From Octopus bimaculoides (taxonomy: Eukaryota): a stretch of DNA of 64,000 bases. The translations under genes were made by a program, and so were the position numbers. The stretch is from contig NC_069001.1 of the NCBI RefSeq assembly GCF_001194135.2, positions 37,058,165 through 37,122,164 on the forward strand, read 5' to 3'. Below are positions 41,520 through 53,872 of the stretch, piece after piece. The notes beneath the pieces are model-generated. The model did not search any database and was not told the DNA's origin. It worked only from the letters and a program-made list of their open reading frames with translations. Every line of letters begins with the position of its first letter. Within the stretch, counting starts at the first letter, position 1.

Positions 41520-41700
41520 AAAGCCTGAAGTATCGAGACTTCCAGCCTGTGGCGTTTGGAGGGGTGGGCCACAGTGTCAGGTGATGTCCGTGAGGGTGCT
41601 TCACTGTTTCAACGTTTTAGCCTCGCAATCGCAATGCCGCGAGCGGGCTGGCTTGCTTCAGTAGGTTCCGTTGAACCTTCTCTGAGACCAATTGAGGCAC
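41520..41700 (+). mobile_element. Possible CRE-type non-LTR retrotransposon C-terminal remnant in Z8 intron
   Basis: GC-rich patch encoding ..SGDVREGASLFQRFSLAI, then after a frameshift RNAAS, resembling the QRLSxAIQRGNAAS motif. Confidence 0.4.
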
Positions 41701-42719
41701 TTGGTGTTGAATTGATATGGTCCCCACCTTTTTTTTCCTGTCTTTTCCCTTCCTTCCTCTTTTTTCGTTTTCTTTTCTCTCAGTTTTGCATTTATATTTT
41801 TAATGTGGTTTTGCATCTTACGTCTATCATATTCATACGTGTTATATATATTCCATGAAGGAAAAAAAAAAAATTCAGGTTTGAAGCTATCCAATGTTGA
41901 TGTTCATAGCTTATCATCTATTCGTATATTATAGAATAGGAACTGTAGTAAACAATATTTCGATTTTATTTTGATATTTCATGTAAACCATGGATGTCTA
42001 TACGTTCATCAAATTTTTCATTTTGTTTAAACTGTCATAAAATTCATAGAATACCTGAGAACAACCCGTTTTTTTTTTTTTTTGTTAACGGGCGAGGGTC
42101 TTTATATTGACCAACAACTAATCCTCGATCATAAGTCTGCTCAATACAAAGTGACCTGGGGCTGAATAACAAATAACCAGTAATGATCGATCTCCTGGAC
42201 AGGACAAATTTGCACTATTATTTAGTGTAGCATGCATAAGATATCTGTAACAGTTGTTTGATGACATTTTAATAACCAATTAAAGTTTCAAGTTCATTCG
42301 TCGCTGTAAATGTTATTCACAGTTCATCAATATAGAGATGAAGTAAATTTTCCGCTGTTGTACCTATACTTTTAAGTACCCCCTATACCTTATACTGTTT
42401 CTTTATTTCAGAAATATCAAATGGCATTGGCATAAAGGTATTTCTTCAGATGTATCATCAATAATTAACATCTTTTAAAAAGTAAAGGAAGATGCTATAC
42501 AGAATTAACATACTCTTGTGTCTCTAAATCTATGGTGGAATTGGTGTTAAATATTTCGCATGACCTGAGATCATTGCAAACTTCCTCTCCTTGACTGTCT
42601 GGAATATATTCATTTATAAAGGAGTTTGTAGAATCTTCAGATATCAACAGGTATCACATTTGTTAGAATTATAGTGGTAGAAAATAATTAAGAAAATACA
42701 AGAACCAGAAAAGAATAAA

Positions 42720-45221
42720 ATGGAAGATGAAATCTGTGAGAAGCCAATTAAAATTAAAACAGAATATGAAGCAGTTTACTTCCCTAATGAGATGCTAAAA
42801 AAAAAAGGAAAAACATATAGCTGTGATGTCTGTGGTAAATCTTTCTCAGAAACAGGAAACTTAACTACTCACAAACGTATTCATACAGGAGAGAAACCAT
42901 ATCACTGTGATATCTGTGGTAAATCATTTTCTGAAAGTGGTAGCTTAACTATACACATACGAACTCATACTGGAGAGAAACCATATTGCTGCAACATCTG
43001 TGGTAAATCATTTTCTGAAGCACGAAACTTAACCACACACAAACGTATACATACAGGTGAGAAGCCATATCACTGTAATATCTGTGGAAAATCATTTTCT
43101 GATAGTGGTACCTTCACTACTCATAGACGTATTCATACAGGAGAGAAACCATATCAATGTGATATCTGTGGTAAGTCATTCCCCCGAAAAAGTCCCCTTA
43201 CTACTCACAAAAATATCCATACAGGAGAAAAACCATACCATTGTAATATTTGTGGTAAAACATTTTCTCATAGAAGTGCCTCATATGTACACAAACGGGT
43301 TCACACAGGAGAGAGGCCATACCACTGTGAAATTTGTGGTAAATCATTTTCTTTAAAATCTTCCTTAACAACTCACAGAAATATTCATACAGGAGAGAAG
43401 CCATATCACTGTGATGTTTGTGGTAAATCATTCTCTCAAAAAAGTCACCTAAATACTCACAAAAATATTCATACAGGAGAGAAGCCTTACCACTGTGATA
43501 TCTGTGGTAAATCCTTCACAAATAAATGTAACCTAACTACTCACAGACGTATTCATACAGGAGAGAAGCCATATGACTGTGATGTTTGTCATAAATCATT
43601 CTCTCAAAAAGGTGAACTAACTATTCACATAAGGCTCCATACAGGAGGGAAACCATATCACTGTGATATCTGTGGAAAATCATTCTCACAAAAATGTCGC
43701 CTAACTAATCACAGAAGTATTCATACAGGGGAGAAACCATATCACTGTGATATTTGTGGTAAATCCTTTACAATTAAAAGTAACCTAATGAGACACAAAG
43801 ACATTCATAATGGAGTAAAACGATATTGCTGTAATGTCTGTGGTAAATCATTCGTTCAAAGTGGAGATTTAACTAAGCACAAACGTATTCATACAGGAGA
43901 GAAACCGTATCACTGTGATATCTGTGGTAAATCTTGCTCCACAAGTAGTGACTTAATTAAACACAAACGTGTTCATACAGGTGAAAAACCATACCACTGT
44001 GATATCTGTGGTAAATCCTTCTCTGAAAGTAGTTCCTTAGCTCCCCACAAGCGTGTTCATACAGGTGAGAGGCCATATCACTGTGATATCTGTGGTAAAT
44101 CATTTTCTGAAAGTGGTAGCTTAACTAAGCACAAAAACGTTCATACAGGAGAGAAGCCATATCACTGCAATATTTGTGGTAAATCATTTTCTCAAAATAA
44201 GGACTTAACAAAACACACATGCATTCCTACAAAGGAAAGATCATTCTCTGGAAGCTGTGATGTAACTAGACCCAAGTATTCTAATTCATATGAGAAACCA
44301 TATCAGTGTGAAGTCTGTGGTAAATCATTTTCACATAGAATCACCCTAACTATGCACAAACGCATTCATACAGGAGAAAGACCATATCAATGTGATACTT
44401 GTGGGAGAACATTCTTACGTAGAGGTAATCTCACCAATCACATACGTATACATACACAAGAGAAACCATATCACTGTAGCATCTGTGGTAAATCATTCTC
44501 AGAAAAAAATATCTTAACTCTGCACAAACTCATTCATGCAGGGCAGAAACCATATGACTGTGATATATGCAGCAAGTCATTCTCTCGGTGTTATGACTTA
44601 ACTATACACAAACGCATTCATACAGGAGTTAAGCTACATCACTGTGATGTTTGTGGAAAATCATTCACGCAGAAAAGTGTCTTAGCTATGCACAAACGTA
44701 TTCATACAATAGAAAAGCCATACAATTGTGATGTCTGCAGTATATCATTTTCTCAAAAAAATGTCTTGACATTGCATAAACGTATCCATACAGGAGAGAA
44801 ACCATATTCCTGCAATATCTGTGGTAAATCTTTCTCCCGGTCATATGTCTTAATTACTCATAAGCGTGTCCATACAGGAGAGAAGCCATATCACTGTGAG
44901 ATATGTGGTAAGTCTTTCTCTCATGGAAATGCATTAACTGTACACAAACGCACTCATACAGGAGACAAACCATTCCAATGTAATATTTGTGGGTACTCCT
45001 TCTTTCAAAGTAGTGTCTTAACTATTCACAAACGCACTCATACTGGTGAGAAGCCATATGAATGTGATATCTGTGAGAAGTCATTCTCTCAAAGAAGTAC
45101 TTTCAACAATCACAAATATGTTCATAGAGCAGAGAAGCTGTTCCTCTGTGATATCTGTGGTAAATCATTCTCTAGAATTATTCAGTTAACTAGACATAGA
45201 CGTCTTCATACGGAAAAGTAA
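42720..45221 (+). CDS. C2H2 zinc-finger protein Z8, about 29 finger units (units 17-18 broken)
   Basis: ATG start with [15 protein letters not shown] leader; 833 aa; decayed fingers continue after the TAA to ~45410. Confidence 0.95.
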   Translation: MEDEICEKPIKIKTEYEAVYFPNEMLKKKGKTYSCDVCGKSFSETGNLTTHKRIHTGEKPYHCDICGKSFSESGSLTIHIRTHTGEKPYCCNICGKSFSEARNLTTHKRIHTGEKPYHCNICGKSFSDSGTFTTHRRIHTGEKPYQCDICGKSFPRKSPLTTHKNIHTGEKPYHCNICGKTFSHRSASYVHKRVHTGERPYHCEICGKSFSLKSSLTTHRNIHTGEKPYHCDVCGKSFSQKSHLNTHKNIHTGEKPYHCDICGKSFTNKCNLTTHRRIHTGEKPYDCDVCHKSFSQKGELTIHIRLHTGGKPYHCDICGKSFSQKCRLTNHRSIHTGEKPYHCDICGKSFTIKSNLMRHKDIHNGVKRYCCNVCGKSFVQSGDLTKHKRIHTGEKPYHCDICGKSCSTSSDLIKHKRVHTGEKPYHCDICGKSFSESSSLAPHKRVHTGERPYHCDICGKSFSESGSLTKHKNVHTGEKPYHCNICGKSFSQNKDLTKHTCIPTKERSFSGSCDVTRPKYSNSYEKPYQCEVCGKSFSHRITLTMHKRIHTGERPYQCDTCGRTFLRRGNLTNHIRIHTQEKPYHCSICGKSFSEKNILTLHKLIHAGQKPYDCDICSKSFSRCYDLTIHKRIHTGVKLHHCDVCGKSFTQKSVLAMHKRIHTIEKPYNCDVCSISFSQKNVLTLHKRIHTGEKPYSCNICGKSFSRSYVLITHKRVHTGEKPYHCEICGKSFSHGNALTVHKRTHTGDKPFQCNICGYSFFQSSVLTIHKRTHTGEKPYECDICEKSFSQRSTFNNHKYVHRAEKLFLCDICGKSFSRIIQLTRHRRLHTEK

Positions 45222-47703
45222 CCATATCAGTGTGATATTTTAGGAAACTCATTCTGTGGACATGAATGGCTTAACATGACTCAAACATAGTTATACAGAA
45301 GAGAAGCCATTATCAGCATAACATTTCTGGTAAATCAGTTTCTGTAAGTAGTGACAAAACAAGGCACAAATATATTAAAATAGAAGAGAAATGAAATTAT
45401 GAAATCTGGGCAGATGGGTAGAAACCTTAAACAATTGTGATACAAGATGTCTTATAAAAACACAACTGTATTTACATTTTTAAGAAAATCATTGTATTGA
45501 AATACTTGTATGTATTCCATTTAACTTATTTTCACAACAGAAAAATAATATATTCTTTTATTAGTAGCAAGATTCCTTTGTCATATGATGGTTAAACAAT
45601 GTTTATTTGAATATGTCTCTAAATCTCAACTTGGTGTGAATGCAATAAGTGCTCTATAATTTGTGAATCATCATTATCAATGTCCATTCTACATGGGTCA
45701 AACGTGTCAGTTAGAAGATATCACCACAGTTTCTGAATCATTTGGCATCTGAACTTCAATGCTAAGAATCTTGTGTTCTGTCCTCATTACATTTTGTGAA
45801 TTTTCTAACCTGAGGTCTAAATAAATCTTATTCACTCTTAAATTATTGTCTTATTATTTCCTGTATACATGCTAATCCAATATTCATAAATTATAGAATT
45901 CACTAATTTGGATATAAGTAGTGTATTTTCCCAAACTGATCTTCACTGTATATTTTGCGATGTGGTTGCAGAAAAATATTGGCAGATGGTGAGGAGTTCC
46001 TGCAAAGTGAAGGACTTAGTGTAGTGGTTAGACCAGTGCTTTATGTATGAATGCTGTCGGTCATCTCAGTAGCGAAGGGGATATCATGTGAGAAAATTAA
46101 CCAAAGTAAAGTGGTAACATGATAAGTTTAACACACCTAGCCTTTTTAGATATCATTAATGTATTACCTATGGGTTCTGAAATGCAGCTAATGCACAGTT
46201 ACATGAGATTTAATATTAGCCATCTTTAACTGCAAGCCACATTGTTTATTTTCAGAATTTGGCAGGTTTTGTTTTACAGTGGATAAAAAAACATTCTTTA
46301 GTATAAATATTGTTATTGTTGTTTAGTCGTGACTAAAATTACAGATTGGAGAATCTGAAGAGGGATTTACTTGTAAGAAATGATCAGGAAATTGTTTTTC
46401 TTAGATAGAAACTGAATAATATTCATTTTTGTTATTTACCTGTCAATTCTAAGTCAGCTACGATCTAGCAGACCTACAATCAACAACTGTAACCATTCCA
46501 TCTTATTTTCAGGCATAACCTAATTAGAACTACTCTATCAAGTGTGTTTTTCTGAACAAAAACAAAGTTACAGGCAAAAATATAACATTCCACTTCGATA
46601 CCATAAATAAATAATATAATTTGTTTACTATAACTAACAGTACACAACTTGTACACAGTGAAAATATAATTTGTATAATGACTATTAGAGCTATGTGAAA
46701 AATATCAGTTTTTTCAGTCTTAAACACAAGGAAACAAAATATTAGATCATGATGATGGTAAGATCAATTATGGAAGTTTCCTGAAACTTTACTGTTCGGA
46801 ATTGTGCGTTGGCTCTCATTTAGGCCATGTAAGGGACAAAGAACATATATTCAAGGATCACCTCCTATAATACTGATGAAGATAACTGAAAGGAAAGTTC
46901 CTGTGATGGAAATGTTCATCACATTCTCTCCTTGTAGTCACTGCTAAAATTTCAGTCAGTTATTTTCCTGGCAATGTGAAATGTGAAGAACTTTGTTCTT
47001 TTATTTACAGGAGTTGAAAGGAAAACTTTGTTATAATCAACAACTTGCCATGAGACAGGAATTTCCTATCTTAAAAATAAATCATTTAAACTCAGGTACA
47101 TATAAATGGAGATTGGATCTACTTCAGATTGAAGCTGAGGATGTTTTTTTTTTATCTCTTGTTTGGTCATCCCTGACAACGACCATTCTGTTCCAGCTCT
47201 CCATAGAACCTTAAGGATCTTCATTTAAATGCAGGCAGATTTGGCTGTGTTTAGGACAGTGAGACAGGCAACACTGTCCTGCTATTGTGTTTACATGGTG
47301 AATGGTTGGGAGATTGTTTAACCTCTCTAAAAAACATTATCTATGTTCGACAGCCATTGACAACAGCATTGTAGACTTTCAGTTTGGTGGAGAATAACTT
47401 TGGGCTGCAATGCTTTGTTTGATGTGGAGTTTTTGAAATGCTTGGCTAACTCCTCTGTATACTCAACAAAGTTTCTATGTTAAAGTACTTCATTATTATT
47501 CAACATATCTTGCACATTATAATAGAATCCATCCTCCACATCTAAAAATAATTTCTTTCAGAAGGAAGTAAAGAGAAAATTGACTCCAGTACAGGATTAG
47601 TACAGAAGTAATCAATACCAAAATTGACCTCAGAGGGATTTATTTTTAGAGAGTTAGAAGAACCACATATCATATCTGACAGTCTAAGGATTCTATCAGT
47701 TTG

Positions 47704-47890
47704 TCATCATTTAATGTCCGCTTTCCTTGCTGGCATGGGTTGGATGGCTTGACAGGAGCTGGTCTGCCAGAGAGCTACCTGGGTTCCAATTTGTTTTGGC
47801 ATGGTTTCTACAGCTGGCTGCTCTTCCTAATGCCATTCACTCCACAGAGTATACTGGGTGCTTTTCACATGGCACCAGATCTCTGTGCCT
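47704..47890 (-). mobile_element. RTE-associated 3' end, diverged copy
   Basis: Similar to 36866-37075. Confidence 0.6.
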
Positions 47891-47949
47891 GCAAGATAAG
47901 GAACTCTCAGCTGAGAGACAGAGAGCATGGCAGTAAATGACATGCCTGT

Positions 47950-48310
47950 GGGTATCTCACTATCAAGGCATCATCCAGTCAGGCTGATTGCTCGGGCCAG
48001 CCTGACTAGCTCTCTCCATCCCTCCCGATCTTCTACTAATGTTTTAGGTCTATTCTGCACACTGATGTATATATGTCTTCCATGGTCTTCCAGCCACTGT
48101 GGTACCATGATTTGGTGTCCACAGCAACACATTACTCACAAGTTCTTTACTTCTCTAGCAAACCTCAATCTCTGCTCTTGGATGATTGATAAGAAAGTTG
48201 GAACATTCCCATATAACTGTTGTTTTGTTGGGTGCTCCCTCCAAGAGCTGTTGAGCACTGCATGTAACATTCTGGTGTAGGCACCATCTAGCATGCACCT
48301 AATTTTACGT
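47950..48310 (-). mobile_element. RTE-X-like LINE fragment
   Basis: LDGAYTRMLHAVLNSSWREHPTKQQLYGNVP..QEQRLRFA. Confidence 0.7.
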
Positions 48311-48349
48311 AGCTTAACACGTCTTCTCAAACACAGCAAATCACCAGAA

Positions 48350-48960
48350 GTTTCAGTCCCTTGTCATTTCCTTAGTTAAGCCCAACGTTTGAAGATCCTT
48401 TCTCATCACTTTGTTCTACATCTTCCTGGGTCTACCTCTTCCACTGGTTCCCTTAGCAATTAGGTATTGGCACTTCTTCGTGCAACTGTCACCTCTTGCA
48501 CACTTCCAATGTTGTCTCTTACACCCCAATTTTTCTGTTAAATCATTTATACTCTGTCATACATGTACACTGACATTACCCACCCAGTAAAAACCATGTT
48601 TCACTACCCTGTAGCATAGCTGTACATGCACAGGGATAATACAATCTGCCTTTTGCTCTGGTAACAAAGGTAATAGCTCTATGAACTTCACCCAGACTAT
48701 GCTTATTCTACCAACTCTGCTTTCAGAACTTCCTCCTCCACAGGTAACTTGATTGCCTCCAGGTAACAGAAGCTGTCTGCTACTTTTAAGGATCCCTGCT
48801 GAACATTCAAGGAAGTCTATTCTCAGTACATTCTTAGTGTTTATTGTACTTGCATGTCTGCCACACACAAAATCTACTTTTTCTGTCAACTTTCCTATGG
48901 TACTGTTGCACCTCTTATGTGTCCAAAACTTGCACTGGCCTCACAATCGATATTAGAAAC
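48350..48960 (-). mobile_element. RTE LINE fragment (degenerate)
   Basis: RISIVWVKFIELLPLL.. and GRGRPRKM*NKVMRKDLQTLGL; frameshifted. Confidence 0.65.
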
Positions 48961-50057
48961 CTGATGCACAGAGAAATGGAAATAGTTGTTGTCACATTTT
49001 TAATATGATACTTCTTTGGATATTGAAAATGAAAGAAGAAAGAGGAAAGAAAGAAAATAAAAGAAAAAAGTGAAATGCAGATTTGGTTACCTCCGGTCAG
49101 CCATGGATTGTCCCGAAATTGGACGATGGGTTTGGGATTTTAAGACTGGAGAGAATGGGCTTCTGTTTGTATGTATAATTCTTTGTGTCTCATGCTTATG
49201 TCTGTTATGTGTACATGTGTATCTATCTGGTGTGGAAGGATGGAAGTAACATGGTATAAGGAGGTAGGGTAGAAAAAGGAGATGCCATTGGATGTGGGAA
49301 ACCTGCAGTGGCTGGGGTCAACTTGGCAGTCTTGGGTGAGAGCAGTTTAGAGTAGTGAAATTATCTTTGTGGAAGGAAGAGGTTACTTATACCAGAAAGT
49401 GGCACAGACATTTCCTGAGTATAACATCACACACATACCAAGAAAATTTAAGTCAACATTAGAGAAGGCAGTGAAACTAGTTTATTTTATAAAAGTTTCA
49501 TCTATTAAATTCTTGTGAGATGATGGGCAGTGTCTATGCTCTTATATTCTCAAATGCTTTGGCTGTAATGGGGAAGAGTACTTATCCACGCATCTAAGTT
49601 GTGTAGACATAATTTAACATACTTCTCATTCCAGCATGCATTGGATGATCCCAGAGGAACCAGCAAGACAATGGACTGCACCAAACTCTAATGTCTGCTT
49701 TGGTATCGGATCCACAGCTGGATGCTGTTCCTAATCCCTTTCCAGAACTTCTTATGTGGCACTGGCACTAGGGAGGTCACCAAGTAACTGGCAATGCAAG
49801 ATCCTTCAACTGAGTGGGATATAATATTGAAGGATGTAAAAGAATGACAGAGGGACAAGAACAGGTGTTGTCTTGCTGACAGGTGAATACATAGCTTCCC
49901 CAGTTGGAAAGGGAGAGAGAGATGGTGAGGATATACTCTCAAGTTACAAGATGAATATAAAAGATAAGGATAGAGGAAATAAATTTATTTCTTCGTAGAA
50001 AGTGGTTCTGTGGGAGTGAGTGGTTCAACAACCTTTTTGTGGCTAGCTAGGGTGGCA

Positions 50058-50360
50058 CATCATCGTTTAACGTCCGCTTTCCATGCTAGCATGGGTTGGA
50101 CGATTTGACTGAGGACTGGTGAACTAGATGGCTACACCAGGCTCCAATCTGATTTGGCAGAGTTTCTACAGCTGGATGCCTTTCCTAACGCCAACCACTC
50201 CGAGAGTGTAGTGGGTGCTTTTACGTGCCACCGGTACGAAGGCCATTCAGGAGGTAATAGCAGCGGCCACATTCGAAATGGTGTATTTTACGTGCCACCT
50301 GCACAAGGGCCAGTCCAGCGGTACTGGCAACGAACTTGCTCGAATGTCTTTTCACGTGCC
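50058..50360 (-). mobile_element. RTE-associated 3' end
   Basis: Near-identical to 36866-37075 over ~200 bp. Confidence 0.7.
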
Positions 50361-51919
50361 AGGAAGGCGACGGGCCTACAAATGAGATATATTTTTACAG
50401 CTGAAGATTAAACTAAAAGCTATGATTATTAAATTAGAAATTGCGAGGTCAGAATATCTGCAGAGCAATGTTTTTGAATCTTTCCTGACACTAAAGAACT
50501 GTTTTGTAACATCAGATGGTGATCCCTCTGAAGAAATATGCAACCCTTACATTCAAAACTTGGCAGGATTTTTTTTTTAAATGTGATTATTTTCCTCAAC
50601 CAGATACGTAACAATTTCATGAGTAATTCGTTTCATGTAATGTAAAAACTGTAAAATATTTAATATTAAAATGAAGAACATAATCTTGTTGAACTTTGGT
50701 GCAACATATCATCACATGTCAGTACAATTTAGCTGTTTCTTGAAAAGCGAATCCTAAGAATCTGCTCCCAAAGCACAGAAATATTTAATGCCATTTCTAG
50801 CTATATATTTATGTGAACAGGCTTCCTCCCAGCTGTTTTATAGAAATCTTCTCTTAGAACTAACCACCACTTTGCTTGAAATTCAGAACACAGTATCATC
50901 ATAATTTTAATATTCACTTTCCCTTGCTTGCAGGGATTGGAAAGAGTTTATTGGGGCAGATTTTCTATAACTAGATGACCTTCCTGTTGCTAACCCTTAC
51001 CTGTTTCCAATCAAGGTAACATGATCTCACAGAATACTGGAAGTGAATGATACAGCTTGGATGACAATAACTCTTGTCAAAACAAAGAGACACAAACATA
51101 TACATAAAACATCTCATAATACAAGTAATATTTTTTAAAAATTATCATTTATTTAATTGCATATTGAATTACATATTTCTTTTAAATGAGATGAAATTAG
51201 GAAAATAAGTTTGCTTTTAAATAAATTTTCTTAAGTAGACCTTTCAGAAGCTTGGGAGTCCACAAGTCAATTCATTTACATACAAGGAAGAAGACTGTGA
51301 CAGTAAAAAGATTAGGAACCACTGCTGATAACAATTTCATAATTCTGTATTTTCCAGCATACAAATCAAATTTTTCAAACCGAAATTTACAACTGAAAAT
51401 GCAGTGTGAAATGCAGCATATGTGGAAAGAGTGATATGTTTGAATGTTTATACTATATAGTTATATAGTACACTGACTTGTATGTTGGAAAATACGGTAA
51501 TACTTAAACCAAAATATACATTAGATACAATAAGGTGTGTATATATAAGTGAAAATGTAAGATCTTGTTTTCTGGTTTGTGCATGTATTTCTAACATAAT
51601 AGACACACATTCATGTTCTAACATGATCCATGTTATTTACTCACTTTATCAAATAAATTGGTTTCAGCTTTTCTGTTTCGGAAATATATTACAGAGAATA
51701 TAAATAGATATTTTGCTTTTATTAACAATAGCACAATATAAGTTATCCCATGAATATAGATATTGAGGTTTTATATAATATAGATTTGGGTAGTACAATA
51801 TCTTCTTTGCTGTGTGAATATTTGTTTTGATATATTTTCCATTGAATCGTTTTTGCTTCTGAATAAACATATACATGCATAGTTAGATTACATTTTGGAG
51901 AGAATGATTTACCAGATAA

Positions 51920-53440
51920 TCACTCCTCTACCATATGAATACGTTTGTGTCTAACTAAATTATTTGAGTCAGAGAACAATTTACCACAGATATTGCAGTG
52001 AAATGGTTTCTCTCTTGTATGAATACGTTTGTGATTAGTTAATCCACCACGATGAGAGAATGATTTACCACAGATGTCACAATGATATGGCTTCTCTCTA
52101 GTATGAGTACGTTTATGGTCAGTTAACTGACCACTTCGAGAGAAGGATTTACCACAGATATCACAGTCATATGGCTTCTCTCCTGTATGAATGCGTTTGT
52201 GCATAGTTAAATCACCATTTCTAGAGAACAATTTACCACAGATATTGCAGTGAAATGGTTTCTCTCTTGTATGAATACGCTTGTGATTAGTTAATCCACC
52301 ACACTGAGAGAATGATTTACCACAGATGTCACAATGATATGGCTTCTCTCCTGTATGAGTACGTTTATGGTCAGTTAACTGACCACTTTGAGAGAAGGAT
52401 TTACCACAGATATCACAGTTATATGGCTTCTCTCCTGTATGAATGCGTTTGTGCATAGTTAAATCACCAGTTCTAGAGAACAATTTACCACAGATATTGC
52501 AGTGAAATGGTTTTTCTCTTGTATGAATACGTATGTGATTAGTTAATCCACCACACTGAGAGAATGATTTACCACAGATGTCACAATGATATGGCTTCTC
52601 TCCTGTATGAGTACGTTTATGGTCAGTTAACTGACCACTTACAGAGAATGATTTACCACAGATATCACAGTGATATGGCTTCTCCCCTGTATGAATGCGC
52701 TTGTGTCTAGTTAAGTCCTTTGTTTGAGAGAATGTTTTACCACAAATATCACAATGATATGGCTTCTCCCCTGTATGGATTCGTTTGTGTGTAGGTAAAT
52801 GACTACTTCTAGAGAATGATCTACCACAGATATCACAGTGATATGGCTTCTCAGTATGGGTGAATTTGTGAGCTCTTAGGGCTACAGTTGTAATGAATGA
52901 TTCACCACCAACATCACAATGATATGGTTTCTCTCCTGTATGGATTCGTTTGTGTGTAGTTAAGTAACTACCACGAGAAAAGGATTTGCCACAGATGTCA
53001 CACTGATATGGCTTCTCACCTGTATGAGTTCGTCTGTGAGTACTTAAGCCACCACTCTGAGAGAATGATTTACCACAGATATCACAGTGATATGGCTTCT
53101 CTCCTGTATGAATGCGTTTGTGTATAGTTAAGACCTGTGTTTGAGAGAATGTTTTACCACAAATATCACAATGATATGGCTTCTCCCCTGTATGGATTCG
53201 TTTGTGAGTAGGTAAATGACTACTTCTAGAGAATGATTTACCACAGATATCACAGTGATATGGCTTCTCTCCTGTATGAATGCGTTTGTGCGTAGTTAAA
53301 TCACCAGTTCTAGAGAATGATTTATTACAGATATCACAATGATATGGTTTTACTCCTTTATGGATACTTCTGTGAGTATCTAGGTAATGTTTTTGAGAGA
53401 ATGATTTATCACAAATATTACAGTGGTATGTTTTACACAT
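51920..53440 (-). CDS. C2H2 zinc-finger protein Z9, 18 finger units (unit 7 defective); leader peptide disrupted
   Basis: The track start at 53458 is TTG; the first in-frame ATG is 53440. The family ATG at 53510 is out of frame and stops after 13 codons. Confidence 0.85.
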   Translation of the reverse strand: MCKTYHCNICDKSFSQKHYLDTHRSIHKGVKPYHCDICNKSFSRTGDLTTHKRIHTGEKPYHCDICGKSFSRSSHLPTHKRIHTGEKPYHCDICGKTFSQTQVLTIHKRIHTGEKPYHCDICGKSFSQSGGLSTHRRTHTGEKPYQCDICGKSFSRGSYLTTHKRIHTGEKPYHCDVGGESFITTVALRAHKFTHTEKPYHCDICGRSFSRSSHLPTHKRIHTGEKPYHCDICGKTFSQTKDLTRHKRIHTGEKPYHCDICGKSFSVSGQLTDHKRTHTGEKPYHCDICGKSFSQCGGLTNHIRIHTREKPFHCNICGKLFSRTGDLTMHKRIHTGEKPYNCDICGKSFSQSGQLTDHKRTHTGEKPYHCDICGKSFSQCGGLTNHKRIHTREKPFHCNICGKLFSRNGDLTMHKRIHTGEKPYDCDICGKSFSRSGQLTDHKRTHTREKPYHCDICGKSFSHRGGLTNHKRIHTREKPFHCNICGKLFSDSNNLVRHKRIHMVEE

Positions 53441-53872
53441 CTTTATAAGAAAAAACAATTTCGGACTCTTATTTTATTTTAATTGGTGTTTTACATAATC
53501 CATTTTCCATTCTTCTTCTTTCACTCTTTGTTCTGTAAAGGAAAGTACAAAAATCCTTTTATGCCAATGACATCAGGTATTCTGAAATAATAGAGAAACA
53601 TTTAAGATATAGGGAATTCAACAGGGGAATACACATATTGATAAATTGTAAATATAAACTCAACTGATCAATCCTAGATATTTACAGACTATAGCTACAT
53701 CTTGAGACTGTCACATTATATAATGACAACGACTGCCCCATCCTCCAAAATTTCGGGCCTTGTGCCTTGAGTAGAAAAGAGTAAAGGTTCATCCTATCAA
53801 GGCCCGTAACTAGCAATAACTACACAACTAAAACGATGAGAACAATAACAATGACAAGTCCACGGAAGATAT

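Noticed and set aside
45219-45410. Stop-codon readthrough or editing to extend Z8 (or Z1) into downstream fingers
   Set aside because: The downstream fingers lack Zn ligands or are frameshifted, so readthrough would add no intact finger.
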